DNA of 64,000 nt from Alphaproteobacteria bacterium (GTDB lineage: Bacteria; Pseudomonadota; Alphaproteobacteria; MPNO01; UBA830). This document shows positions 19,267 through 27,680 of this stretch, piece by piece. Below the pieces are notes generated by a model. The model saw nothing but the letters and a program-made list of their open reading frames with translations. It did no database searches and was not told where the DNA came from. How positions within the stretch are numbered: the first letter of the stretch is position 1; every line of letters starts with the position of its first letter. A program made the position numbers and the translations under genes. The stretch covers positions 1,280,001 to 1,344,000 of the forward strand of contig OZ251539.1 in NCBI GenBank assembly GCA_965243135.1, written 5' to 3'.

Positions 19267-21264
19267 TCAGTCAGCCGCTTCCCACAGGACATCGCGAGCG
19301 TCCGCCGCCGCGCATGCCATCACTGCGCCAGCGAGCTCGTCTCGTTCGCGAGGGCTCGCGTCGACGAGTCGTTCCTGCGCTTCGCGCATAAAGGCGTCGA
19401 CGGCGCGTCCCGCGCCGTTACTCCCGTAGCCGATTGGGCCGGCGTCGCCGCCCGGTCTGGCGAGCGCACGAAGGAACTCCGTCTCCGGGGCGGCTTCGGG
19501 GAATTGCGTCGCCAAGCGTCGCCAATCATCGGGAGCGGCCGAGGCTTGCCAATATCGGCAAGCCTTCCACGCCCAAGCGTGCGGAGGGATCTCCGGGGTC
19601 TCTTCCGGCATCAACCACTGCGAATAGAAGCCGGCCAGCGGATCGCCTTTCAGACTTTCCCGTTTGATCAGATCCGTCGGGGCATCCAGCCCGCGCGCCA
19701 TGGCGATTCGGGCGCGACCGAATTCTCCTGCCAGCTTCCCGCGCCGGAGGAGTTCTTGCAGAGCGCCGGGAGGAGATATCGGCGAGTCCTGATGAGCGGC
19801 CCGCTCTTGAATCTCATCGTTCCAGGCAACGCCAAACGCGGCGGCCGCGGTGTAAGAGCGATCCTGCAATCGGTCGAGCGTTTCCTGCGCTGTCGCATCG
19901 TCGGGGCACCGCTCCATGAATTCGGCAAGCATCGCCTTGGCCTCCGTACTGCGGTGGCGCAAGGCCAGCAATCGGGCCATGACTACGCATGCGTGGCCGT
20001 CATCTCGATCCATCGCGTTCTGCAGGTGGTGCTCGGCCTCATCCCAACAGGCGTCTCCGCGAGAGATCAGGAGGAGCGCCAGTTCGACTCGCGCGTGCAA
20101 GTCATTTGGAAACAGACGCAACATCTCACGCAACGTCGCCTCGTGCGCGTCCCTCCGGTTCTGAACCTTGAACCATTCCGCCCAGAGCATCCAACAATAG
20201 GGATTCGCCGGTTCCCAGATCAAAGCACGTTCAATCATGATCCCGAAGCGAGACATGTCGGCCGAACCGAGCTCATGGCGTTCCAGCAGCGGGGTGCCGA
20301 GGTTGCTCAACGTACGGACGAAGAAGCAGCTCACGCCGGTGGCCATGGCGTAGTCGTGGTTGCGCTCCAGGAGTTCAAACAGACGCCGCGCAAGCGTTTC
20401 CGGCCGATGGTCCGAGCCGAGGATGTCTTGCTTCAATTCACCCCATTCTTCCTGTCTTGCGGGCATGGGAATCGACGCTTTGCCGAAAGAACGAGTCTTG
20501 GCCCGCATGTTGGTTTGCAAGGCGTCGGCCAATTCCTTCGCAATTGGTTCTCCAGCATGCTCCAGAAAACCATCCAGCGCCTCGTTCAAGACCCCGTTCC
20601 AATGTTGGGGGCTACGCGGAAAGAGACCGCGCTGCGCCGCAAAGCAGCGGTTGAAAAAGACGCTTGCTTCGTCGGCTTGGCGGTGGATCTTGACGGCGTG
20701 GCGCAACAGCGCCTGCAGCGTCAGCGCCTGATTCTTCCGCGCGTTGCCCTGGTTCGGCAACATGCGCAGCCCCGCCAGCGCCACGGTCAGATACTCCGGC
20801 CGGGGATCCGCGGCGAGGCGCAACCACAGGGCCGTGCGGCGGGCGTCAGGTTGGCCTCGGGTCATCAGCCTGAAACACTCCAGCCCGGGATCCCGCTCAG
20901 GAGCCAGCCTCAAGGGCGACAGCCAGCGCAGCCAAGCGCCCATGTCCGCATGGATCCGATCCTTGGTCCGCGGCAGATCCAGCAGTTGCAAAGCGACCAA
21001 TGCGTCCCCGACCCGCTTGCCATAGACGGAAAAACCGAGGCGCTCCACCTGAGAAGCATAACCCTCGCGCATGTCGGAAAGCCAGGACCCGAGCGCGTCG
21101 TCAAGCTGCGTGCGTTCGTTGACCATGTTCGCCGGGAATCGCCGATACAGCGATTCCGGCACGTCAAGGCGGAGGTCCGACCCCGGGTCCACACGTCCGC
21201 TGAAAAGGTCGGCGACGGCCCTGTGGGGATCGCAGCGGAAGGCTTCGAGCCATGGATCGCTCAT
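19267..21264 (-). CDS. Hypothetical protein with central TPR-like repeats
   Basis: 665-aa ORF from MSDPWLEAF. Helical repeats such as ERALIWEPANPYCWMLWA, LREMLRLFPNDLHARVELALLL, AEFMERCPDDA. Confidence 0.7.
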   Translation of the reverse strand: MSDPWLEAFRCDPHRAVADLFSGRVDPGSDLRLDVPESLYRRFPANMVNERTQLDDALGSWLSDMREGYASQVERLGFSVYGKRVGDALVALQLLDLPRTKDRIHADMGAWLRWLSPLRLAPERDPGLECFRLMTRGQPDARRTALWLRLAADPRPEYLTVALAGLRMLPNQGNARKNQALTLQALLRHAVKIHRQADEASVFFNRCFAAQRGLFPRSPQHWNGVLNEALDGFLEHAGEPIAKELADALQTNMRAKTRSFGKASIPMPARQEEWGELKQDILGSDHRPETLARRLFELLERNHDYAMATGVSCFFVRTLSNLGTPLLERHELGSADMSRFGIMIERALIWEPANPYCWMLWAEWFKVQNRRDAHEATLREMLRLFPNDLHARVELALLLISRGDACWDEAEHHLQNAMDRDDGHACVVMARLLALRHRSTEAKAMLAEFMERCPDDATAQETLDRLQDRSYTAAAAFGVAWNDEIQERAAHQDSPISPPGALQELLRRGKLAGEFGRARIAMARGLDAPTDLIKRESLKGDPLAGFYSQWLMPEETPEIPPHAWAWKACRYWQASAAPDDWRRLATQFPEAAPETEFLRALARPGGDAGPIGYGSNGAGRAVDAFMREAQERLVDASPRERDELAGAVMACAAADARDVLWEAAD

Positions 21265-21486
21265 GTTCGTTCCTCGAAAATCTCGCCGAAATCCTTGCGC
21301 CCGCATGCCTCATGCAGCGCGAGCAGGCGCTGCGCATGATTTTCCCTTGGCGCTGCAACCGAACTGCAGGCATCGATATTGACGATATGGAACGGTCCCC
21401 TGCGTTTCAAATCCCTATAAGCCTCGCTGCCTGTGCAACAGAGCGCTCCCGCCTGTTTGTTCCTCGGTGCAGACGATGCGTGGCCA

Positions 21487-24400
21487 TTACCGACGTTCCA
21501 GTCTTTGGTCGATTTTCACTCGGTTGTCACGCCACTCTGCATCTTGGTCGTAGCATTTCGCAATGCCTTCAAGAACGCTGCTGACATACGGATAGTCGGC
21601 GAGATTTTCCGCTCGACTCCGGTACTTGGTAGCGAGCGCACGCTCTTTCTTTCCGCCTTCTCCGATCATCCTTACTGTTGCCCCCCGCCGGTCGAGGACA
21701 CCAAACTGAAACCCTTGGCCGATATTCTTGGAAGGAAACCTTTCCATCGCTTTGCAAATTGAAGGGCAAGGCCATGCGCCATGTTCTTCGTTCGGACCTC
21801 TGGACAGAATTCGGCCGATGTACCGGTCGCCGATTTCGCTCCGGCCATATTCGGCACATAGCTTCCGCACTTCAGCTATCCACCCGGACAGCTTTTCGAC
21901 TTTGATCTTGTTGTCTTCCCCTGTCCCCGGTACCCGGCGGATTTGACGAAGAAACTTGTAAGACGCAGAAGCCAGCGCCTGCCTTCGTCCCGGGTCGTGA
22001 ATCCGCCATTCAAGCGGATCCTCGCCATCGTCTTCGCGCTTGTACCTCAGAGCGAGCGCTTGAACGAACAGGATAGGCACCTCGAAAATCCATCGTTCCA
22101 GATTCGGAATACCGCGCTCGCTGTATTCGAGCGCCCCAATGTAAAGGAGTTCCAGCTGCGCCATTTCCTCGATGGTGACGCCGCTGCGGCCGCCGAGCTC
22201 GTTCAGGGCATCGAAGAGGGAATCGGCTTCCGGTCCGTGGTCATCGTTTGTCTCGGTGTCCACGGTGACGCATTCAAAGAGAAGGCGTTTCAGCCGCGAC
22301 GTTTCGACCTGTGACCAATCGAAATCCGCGGCTGCGAAGGCAGCCCGAGGGCGTTTCGCTTCGAGCAGGCGATCGATAAGTTCCAGCAACTCGTCTTCGC
22401 CATAGCGGTTCCAAGACGGACGAACCGTCTGCCAGTATTGATTGCCAACTACCTCATCGTACCGGTCGAGCAGGCGCCAAGTGCACCACCCGAACGGAGC
22501 GCCTCGGAAAAACCGAACAATGTCATCCACTTCCGCCCCGTCGGCGGCGGCACATAGAACTGCGCCGCAGGCGTCGTCACCGATGGCTGAGAGAAAACCT
22601 TTGATACAACCATCGACCTTGTTTGCCGGGCTTTCCGCCCGGAGGCATCGGCGCAAAAAGCATGCCTGTTCTTCCCCGTCGTTTATGACCTGTTCAAGGG
22701 AGTGGCCGACAACGTCCGGGGCGCCGCTCCCGGAAACGAGCGCCATCACGCCTTCAAATCCTTGATCCTTCCATATTTCCCTCACCGCTGATACGCGAAG
22801 CGACCGGACTCGTTCGTTGTGCTGGGTGATATCCAGAGGCTCTTCCTCGAATTCTGGTCTGCGGATCCAATGATTCGCGAATAGCCATGCGTGCCCAATC
22901 ACCAGATCGCCGGGTCGTAGTTTCTCGTACGCTGCGCGGGCTCGATCCCTCGACGCGACGTTCAAATCGCCTCTGCCTGCGCGTCGCGCGAGCGCCGTTC
23001 GGTGGATCCGTCTCCTGAGATCGGCTTTGGCCTCGTCATCGGTTGCGGTATCCGCCCACTCATCGACCCGATCCCAAACTTTCGTCTGGTCCTTGTCGTC
23101 CATCTCATGGAGACGTTCCACCAGATTGCCGAGAGTTCTCCGGTCATGGTTCGACCATGCAAATGCGATGTCGATTGCATAGCGTCGGAACTCGTCAATC
23201 TCTTCCTGTGCCGTCACAGGACTTTCAGCGCTGAACGCATCCCTGCGCCATCGCGGCCGGTAGGATGGAAACACCGCTGGATCGGAATCCAGCTGTTTGA
23301 TGCAGATCTGCCACCCGACATCAGGAAATTTCTGCGTCAGCGTTTCAAGAGCCTGCTTCCGATCCGGAAGCGGAGCGGCAGTTCGGGGAAACCGCGGCCG
23401 GAAGATCGCTTGGAGGCTGGCAACAGGTTTGTTCAACCAGTTATCGTCGATCACAGTTCTCGACAATTTCGCGAGAATCAGGCTGACTCGTGTGACGTAC
23501 TTCCATGCGAGGCACTCAAGCGCCCACAGGAAGCCGGAGCGCGGACATCCACCGCCAAGCGGTCCGCTTCCGGCGGACTGCAACAGGCCGAACACGACCG
23601 GCTCACTTTGACGCAAATCTTCTTCGACGATCTCCAAAAACACTTCCGGTGCCGCCTCTGCGTAGAGCGGAATTTCCCGGTCATGAGAACGCAGCAGGTC
23701 GAGGTCCAGCGGACTGAGCAACCTGCGTATCAATTCGGAAATTTCAGTCGCAAGATCGATGCCGAGCCGACGCCGGAACAGTTTGTTGCCGTACACCGAA
23801 AGGATGACGAGCGTTTCGCAGATCCCGTCGCGCAGCGCGGCGGAATGGGTGCGCACCTTGCCGTGCATTGCAGCGGCCCATCTCTCGTTTTCCGGAAGTT
23901 CAAGCGCCGGATCTCCTTCCGAGAGAACATGCTCTGCCAACTCCATAAATTTCGTGATGTCTTGTTCGATCACGTGACGGTGGATGGCGAACAGGGCATC
24001 GATCTTCGCAGCTGCACCGCGGTAATTGCCCACCGACCAGACCGGGCTGTCCTCGATATCGAGCAGACCCGTGACGTTCCTTTCAATCTCCTGAGGGAGC
24101 TCGGCAGCAAGGCGTACGATGATTTTCTGATCGGCATCGGATTTGGCATCCCAAGCCCCGAGCAAGGCGATCGGGATCAGCTTTCTTGCAGTTTCCTCGC
24201 TCTCGGCCCATTGGGGGTTCCTGATAGCTGGGATCTGCGAAAGCCGCCGTCGTAAAATCGTCGGGCTTCGTGCGGACTTCCGCGCAAGTCTGTCGATCTC
24301 GTCTTCCTCGATGTCCATCGCTGCGAGCGCTCTCCTGAACGCGCCGTCATCCAGGATTTCAAGCGCAATGTCGGGCTGCAATTCGAAGGTGCCGCAAAGC

Positions 24401-25533
24401 CGGACGGCAATGCAGCGGCGGCTGCTACGAAACCCTGCCAGTTCGCGCTCCGCTTCTTCGGTAGGAACGACCGGAATGAATGACGCCGACGATTCCGCCA
24501 GCCTCCGCAGCGTTTCGGTTGATCTGAACACCGCCGCCAGATCTGCCCAAGGCTCGCCGATCTTTCGGAACAGGCAATGAAGAAAAGCCAACGCTTCGTC
24601 CCTGGAATCGGCCGTGACCACGAACGGACGTTCGCTTGGTTTCGCGAGCCAGTTTTCGAATTCCTTGCGATGCGCGTCGACTGAAGATTTAAATATCTCG
24701 GGCTTCATCTCCGGCTGGGTCGCTTCGGCCCAACGCCGCCAGCAACTGTCTAGCGTCTCGAAGCCTTCTGTAGGGATGCCGAGCTTCTCGGCGAGCCACA
24801 TCCGTGGGGCAATCGATCCTTCAAGCCATTGCTCAAGGTCACTCGCATCCAGCGCACGGACCTCTTTCCAGCCGTCCCGTTTGCTATCGGCCCATTCCGT
24901 TTTGCCGGTCCAGTTGCGCGGCGTGACGAAGACGTATGTGCATTCGCTCCTCTCGTTCGGCGGGACGGAAGCGAGTCGTTTGCTGTAATCGCACTCCGCC
25001 TTGCGGCCTGGATTCTGACCGGTTCCCAATTCCCAGCAGGATTTGCCCTCCGGGATCCACGGCGTCGGTGCCCCGGCTTCCACGTAGCCATCCCAACCTC
25101 TGCGGGCGGCGTTGTCGTAACCATGAAAGTCGACCCGGCACAGATCGCGGCCGGTCGAATGCACGAGCATCCGGACAAGCACCGGCAGCAACTCCCGTGA
25201 TTCCGAATTGCCGCACGACCAGTTGTGCAGCTGCCCAGCCTTGATCGTAAGGAAGCCGGGGACGTAGGGGTGCACTGCGACCGCGTTCTCCGCCGCCGCT
25301 CGGGCATGCCGGTCGAACGCCGTCTGCCGATCAAGAAGCTCTTGGCGGTCGGCTCCGAACACCTTCTCCAATCTGCCGGCCATCTTGGGAGAGAGCGACG
25401 AGTTGCCGTTCAACATGTTTGATAGGGCGGGCCTGCCTACACCGAGTCTCCCAGCGGCTTCCGTCACCGACATGCCGACCGGGATGACGTGTTCTCGAAC
25501 GAACGTGCCGGGGTGTGCGGGGTGTCGCGACAT
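21487..25533 (-). CDS. Large (~1348 aa) protein: HigA-type HTH + PD-(D/E)xK-like domain + long helical region
   Basis: HPG.FVREH...MSVTEAA..LGVGRPALSNMLNG..SLSP.MA.RLEKVFG (HigA/VapI HTH), followed by GWDG.V...WELG...KA..DY.KR...FVTPR...DLEQWL. GGAGGA RBS before ATG 25533. Confidence 0.75.
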   Translation of the reverse strand: MSRHPAHPGTFVREHVIPVGMSVTEAAGRLGVGRPALSNMLNGNSSLSPKMAGRLEKVFGADRQELLDRQTAFDRHARAAAENAVAVHPYVPGFLTIKAGQLHNWSCGNSESRELLPVLVRMLVHSTGRDLCRVDFHGYDNAARRGWDGYVEAGAPTPWIPEGKSCWELGTGQNPGRKAECDYSKRLASVPPNERSECTYVFVTPRNWTGKTEWADSKRDGWKEVRALDASDLEQWLEGSIAPRMWLAEKLGIPTEGFETLDSCWRRWAEATQPEMKPEIFKSSVDAHRKEFENWLAKPSERPFVVTADSRDEALAFLHCLFRKIGEPWADLAAVFRSTETLRRLAESSASFIPVVPTEEAERELAGFRSSRRCIAVRLCGTFELQPDIALEILDDGAFRRALAAMDIEEDEIDRLARKSARSPTILRRRLSQIPAIRNPQWAESEETARKLIPIALLGAWDAKSDADQKIIVRLAAELPQEIERNVTGLLDIEDSPVWSVGNYRGAAAKIDALFAIHRHVIEQDITKFMELAEHVLSEGDPALELPENERWAAAMHGKVRTHSAALRDGICETLVILSVYGNKLFRRRLGIDLATEISELIRRLLSPLDLDLLRSHDREIPLYAEAAPEVFLEIVEEDLRQSEPVVFGLLQSAGSGPLGGGCPRSGFLWALECLAWKYVTRVSLILAKLSRTVIDDNWLNKPVASLQAIFRPRFPRTAAPLPDRKQALETLTQKFPDVGWQICIKQLDSDPAVFPSYRPRWRRDAFSAESPVTAQEEIDEFRRYAIDIAFAWSNHDRRTLGNLVERLHEMDDKDQTKVWDRVDEWADTATDDEAKADLRRRIHRTALARRAGRGDLNVASRDRARAAYEKLRPGDLVIGHAWLFANHWIRRPEFEEEPLDITQHNERVRSLRVSAVREIWKDQGFEGVMALVSGSGAPDVVGHSLEQVINDGEEQACFLRRCLRAESPANKVDGCIKGFLSAIGDDACGAVLCAAADGAEVDDIVRFFRGAPFGWCTWRLLDRYDEVVGNQYWQTVRPSWNRYGEDELLELIDRLLEAKRPRAAFAAADFDWSQVETSRLKRLLFECVTVDTETNDDHGPEADSLFDALNELGGRSGVTIEEMAQLELLYIGALEYSERGIPNLERWIFEVPILFVQALALRYKREDDGEDPLEWRIHDPGRRQALASASYKFLRQIRRVPGTGEDNKIKVEKLSGWIAEVRKLCAEYGRSEIGDRYIGRILSRGPNEEHGAWPCPSICKAMERFPSKNIGQGFQFGVLDRRGATVRMIGEGGKKERALATKYRSRAENLADYPYVSSVLEGIAKCYDQDAEWRDNRVKIDQRLERR

Positions 25534-25751
25534 GAAACAGTCCTCCAAGTGCAAAATATATTGTAGCGTGTAGCGCAACGAGAGTCAACAAAAAGATCTC
25601 AAGCGTCAGGACTTGAGCTTTGGTTCGCAATGTAAGGCTTTTCCGCGTGTTGATGCTCGTGACCTGCCGCATCGAGCTCGCAAGCGAAGCGCTTCGGTGG
25701 CGAAAGGATCAATGCGTTTCCGTGGACAGGCGCGATGCCGCTGTCGTGCGC
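25201..25751 (-). repeat. ~550-bp direct repeat, copy 1 (5' end of the HigA fusion plus upstream region)
   Basis: Aligns by eye to 30875-31413. Confidence 0.9.
25560..25588 (-). promoter_or_regulatory. Near-consensus sigma70 promoter TTGACT-17 bp-TACAAT with overlapping imperfect palindrome (possible HTH operator)
   Basis: Minus strand ttgact ctcgttgcgctacacgc tacaat. GTAGCG-N5-CGCAAC imperfect inverted repeat overlaps the spacer and -10. Confidence 0.75.
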
Positions 25752-26200
25752 AGACGGTCGATGGTAAGCGTTCGCTACCCAAGGGACGAAAAAAATTTCG
25801 CCCGGGGACCGGACACGGGACCCTTGCGCACCGGATTTGCGACCGATGGACGGGGGCTTTGCTGTCGGCAACGCCCGCAGCGGGACGAAGCGCGTGCGTC
25901 GCGCGGAGGTAAGGGCAGCGTTCCGGAAAACGCAGCGCCGCCGAAGCGGCGCGCAACGAGTTGAAGCGCCTGAAGTCGGCCTCTTCGGCGAACGAACTTG
26001 AGCGGGAAGCGGGCCTCCACGGCGAAGTCGAGGAAGCGCCGCGACATTGTCGCCGGCTCCGTTCGACCTGCACATGCGCATCGAGGCGGGAGGCGCGCCA
26101 ACGCCGCGGTCGGTCGCGAACGACGGTGCCGGTACCGGGACTTGCGCCGTGCGACTGCGACAGTCGCTCGACTTCGAGGTCTTGTCGGCGGGGAACGGCG

Positions 26201-26440
26201 TCAGGCGCCCCTCGTTCGCGCCCCGTCCGCCGACGTCGTTCGTTCGGCGACGGTTTCCGGCGCGGCGGTCTGGCGGCCGGCTATCAGCGCCTTGAGCGCC
26301 GTCATGTTCTCCTCGTGGCGGCGTTCTTCGGCTTCGCACTGCTGTTGCCCGCGTTCGTCGTTGGCACGGACCATCGCACGGATGCCATACCAGATGCCGA
26401 CGGCCGCGAGGACAGCCACGATCACGGACACCTCGCTCAG
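26201..26440 (-). CDS. Small hypothetical membrane/coiled-coil protein (start uncertain, possibly degenerate)
   Basis: Hydrophobic VSVIVAVLAAVGIWYGI followed by helical RAMVRANDERGQQQ..EERRHEENMTALKALIA. Confidence 0.35.
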   Translation of the reverse strand: MSEVSVIVAVLAAVGIWYGIRAMVRANDERGQQQCEAEERRHEENMTALKALIAGRQTAAPETVAERTTSADGARTRGA

Positions 26441-26751
26441 ATGTTTGCACGCAGAGTCGACCGCCCGTTCGTCGGACCCAGTAAAAGATCTGACCGTCTT
26501 GGTAGATTGGGCGGCCCTCCCGTCCCGTGCGTAGTTGTAGAGCGTGCAGCGGAAACCTGGCCAATACTTGAAAATCAACGCCTTACGGATTATCCAGTTT
26601 GGCAATGCCAGATTTGCACCCGCTGCAACGGTTTACAGTCTGTGGGGTTTCCCCTCGCAGATCGTGTAGCTGGAGCTGATTGATTTTTCTCCATATACTG
26701 CGAAGCGGAGGCCTCATGCAGTTAGTTGTGGTGAGATATCTGGGGTAGACG

Positions 26752-27138
26752 ATGAATTACGCTTTCGCATTCCGGTTGGTCGAACACGGATCGGGGACAA
26801 AGCTCATCCTTCATCACGGCAGGGCTGTAGAGGACATGACTACAGAGGAAATCGTCCTCAACAAGGAGGAAACGTCAGGGATGTTGGGAGCACTACACGA
26901 AGTGAGGACGAGTGTGGAAGGAAAAGGGGAATTCCCATATGGAACGCTCGTCTGCCCCAGAAAATGCAACAACGGAGCAAACCAGTACACGGTGCTCCAC
27001 CGGCCGGAACAAACCTTCGCGCTACTGCAGACACCGAATGGAGCTCAGCTGCCGCTCGAGCTCAGGGCAATACGAGATATGGAAAGTGCGTTTGAGAGAG
27101 CAAACGCCGCCTTGAACAGAAGAACGGAAATACGGTAA
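26752..27138 (+). CDS. Hypothetical protein, 128 aa
   Basis: Lower-GC ORF with natural-looking composition; no recognised motif. Confidence 0.5.
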   Translation: MNYAFAFRLVEHGSGTKLILHHGRAVEDMTTEEIVLNKEETSGMLGALHEVRTSVEGKGEFPYGTLVCPRKCNNGANQYTVLHRPEQTFALLQTPNGAQLPLELRAIRDMESAFERANAALNRRTEIR

Positions 27139-27267
27139 AGCAGTAGAGGTCACCGTGGTCGAAGACAGAGGCCGGAACGCGCTGATAGCGTCCTAAGGGG
27201 CTATTGGAGGAACGCAGAAAAGAGATAGCAAAAGGGCGGTTTGGAAAACTGTTTTCATGTACCGAGC

Positions 27268-27518
27268 CAAACGCTCATGATCGGCGCCTGCTCACCCCGT
27301 AGCATGTAACTTTGGGTACGGTTCACCCGGCCTCGCGCCGCTCGCCGACGTATCCGTTCCGCGTTCGGGCGTCGCGGCGCGAAGACAGGGCGTTACGGGG
27401 CAGCCCTCAGCGTCACGCTCCCGAATTATCGAACGGCGACCGCCACAGCGAAAAAATCTTAGATTTGCGGAACGGTCTGGTGTGGCCGACAGCTCGGGGT
27501 TAGTTACACAACAACAAG
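27268..27518 (+). repeat. Dispersed ~220-250 bp non-coding repeat (MITE-like), copy A
   Basis: ctcaccccgtagcatgtaactttggg...ccgttccgcgttcgggcgtcgcggcgcgaagacaggg...gcagccctcagcgtcacgctc...agttacaca; also found at 50785, 52422, 63499 and partially at 59481. Confidence 0.85.
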
Positions 27519-27680
27519 TGGTCGGGACGATCTCGGCACCGAACCGAAAAGGGGAGGGTATGTCGTGACCCACCGTCTGCCGACAACGACGCTTCCTCGC
27601 CAAGTCTCCCGCAAAGGTCTGTTGCCTTAGCGGGAATTTCTGTTTAGGCTGTTGTTCCTCACTGTAACATGTTGATGCAT

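Noticed and set aside
21487-25533. Ordinary HigBA toxin-antitoxin
   Set aside because: The HTH is only about 5% of the protein and no toxin gene neighbours it.
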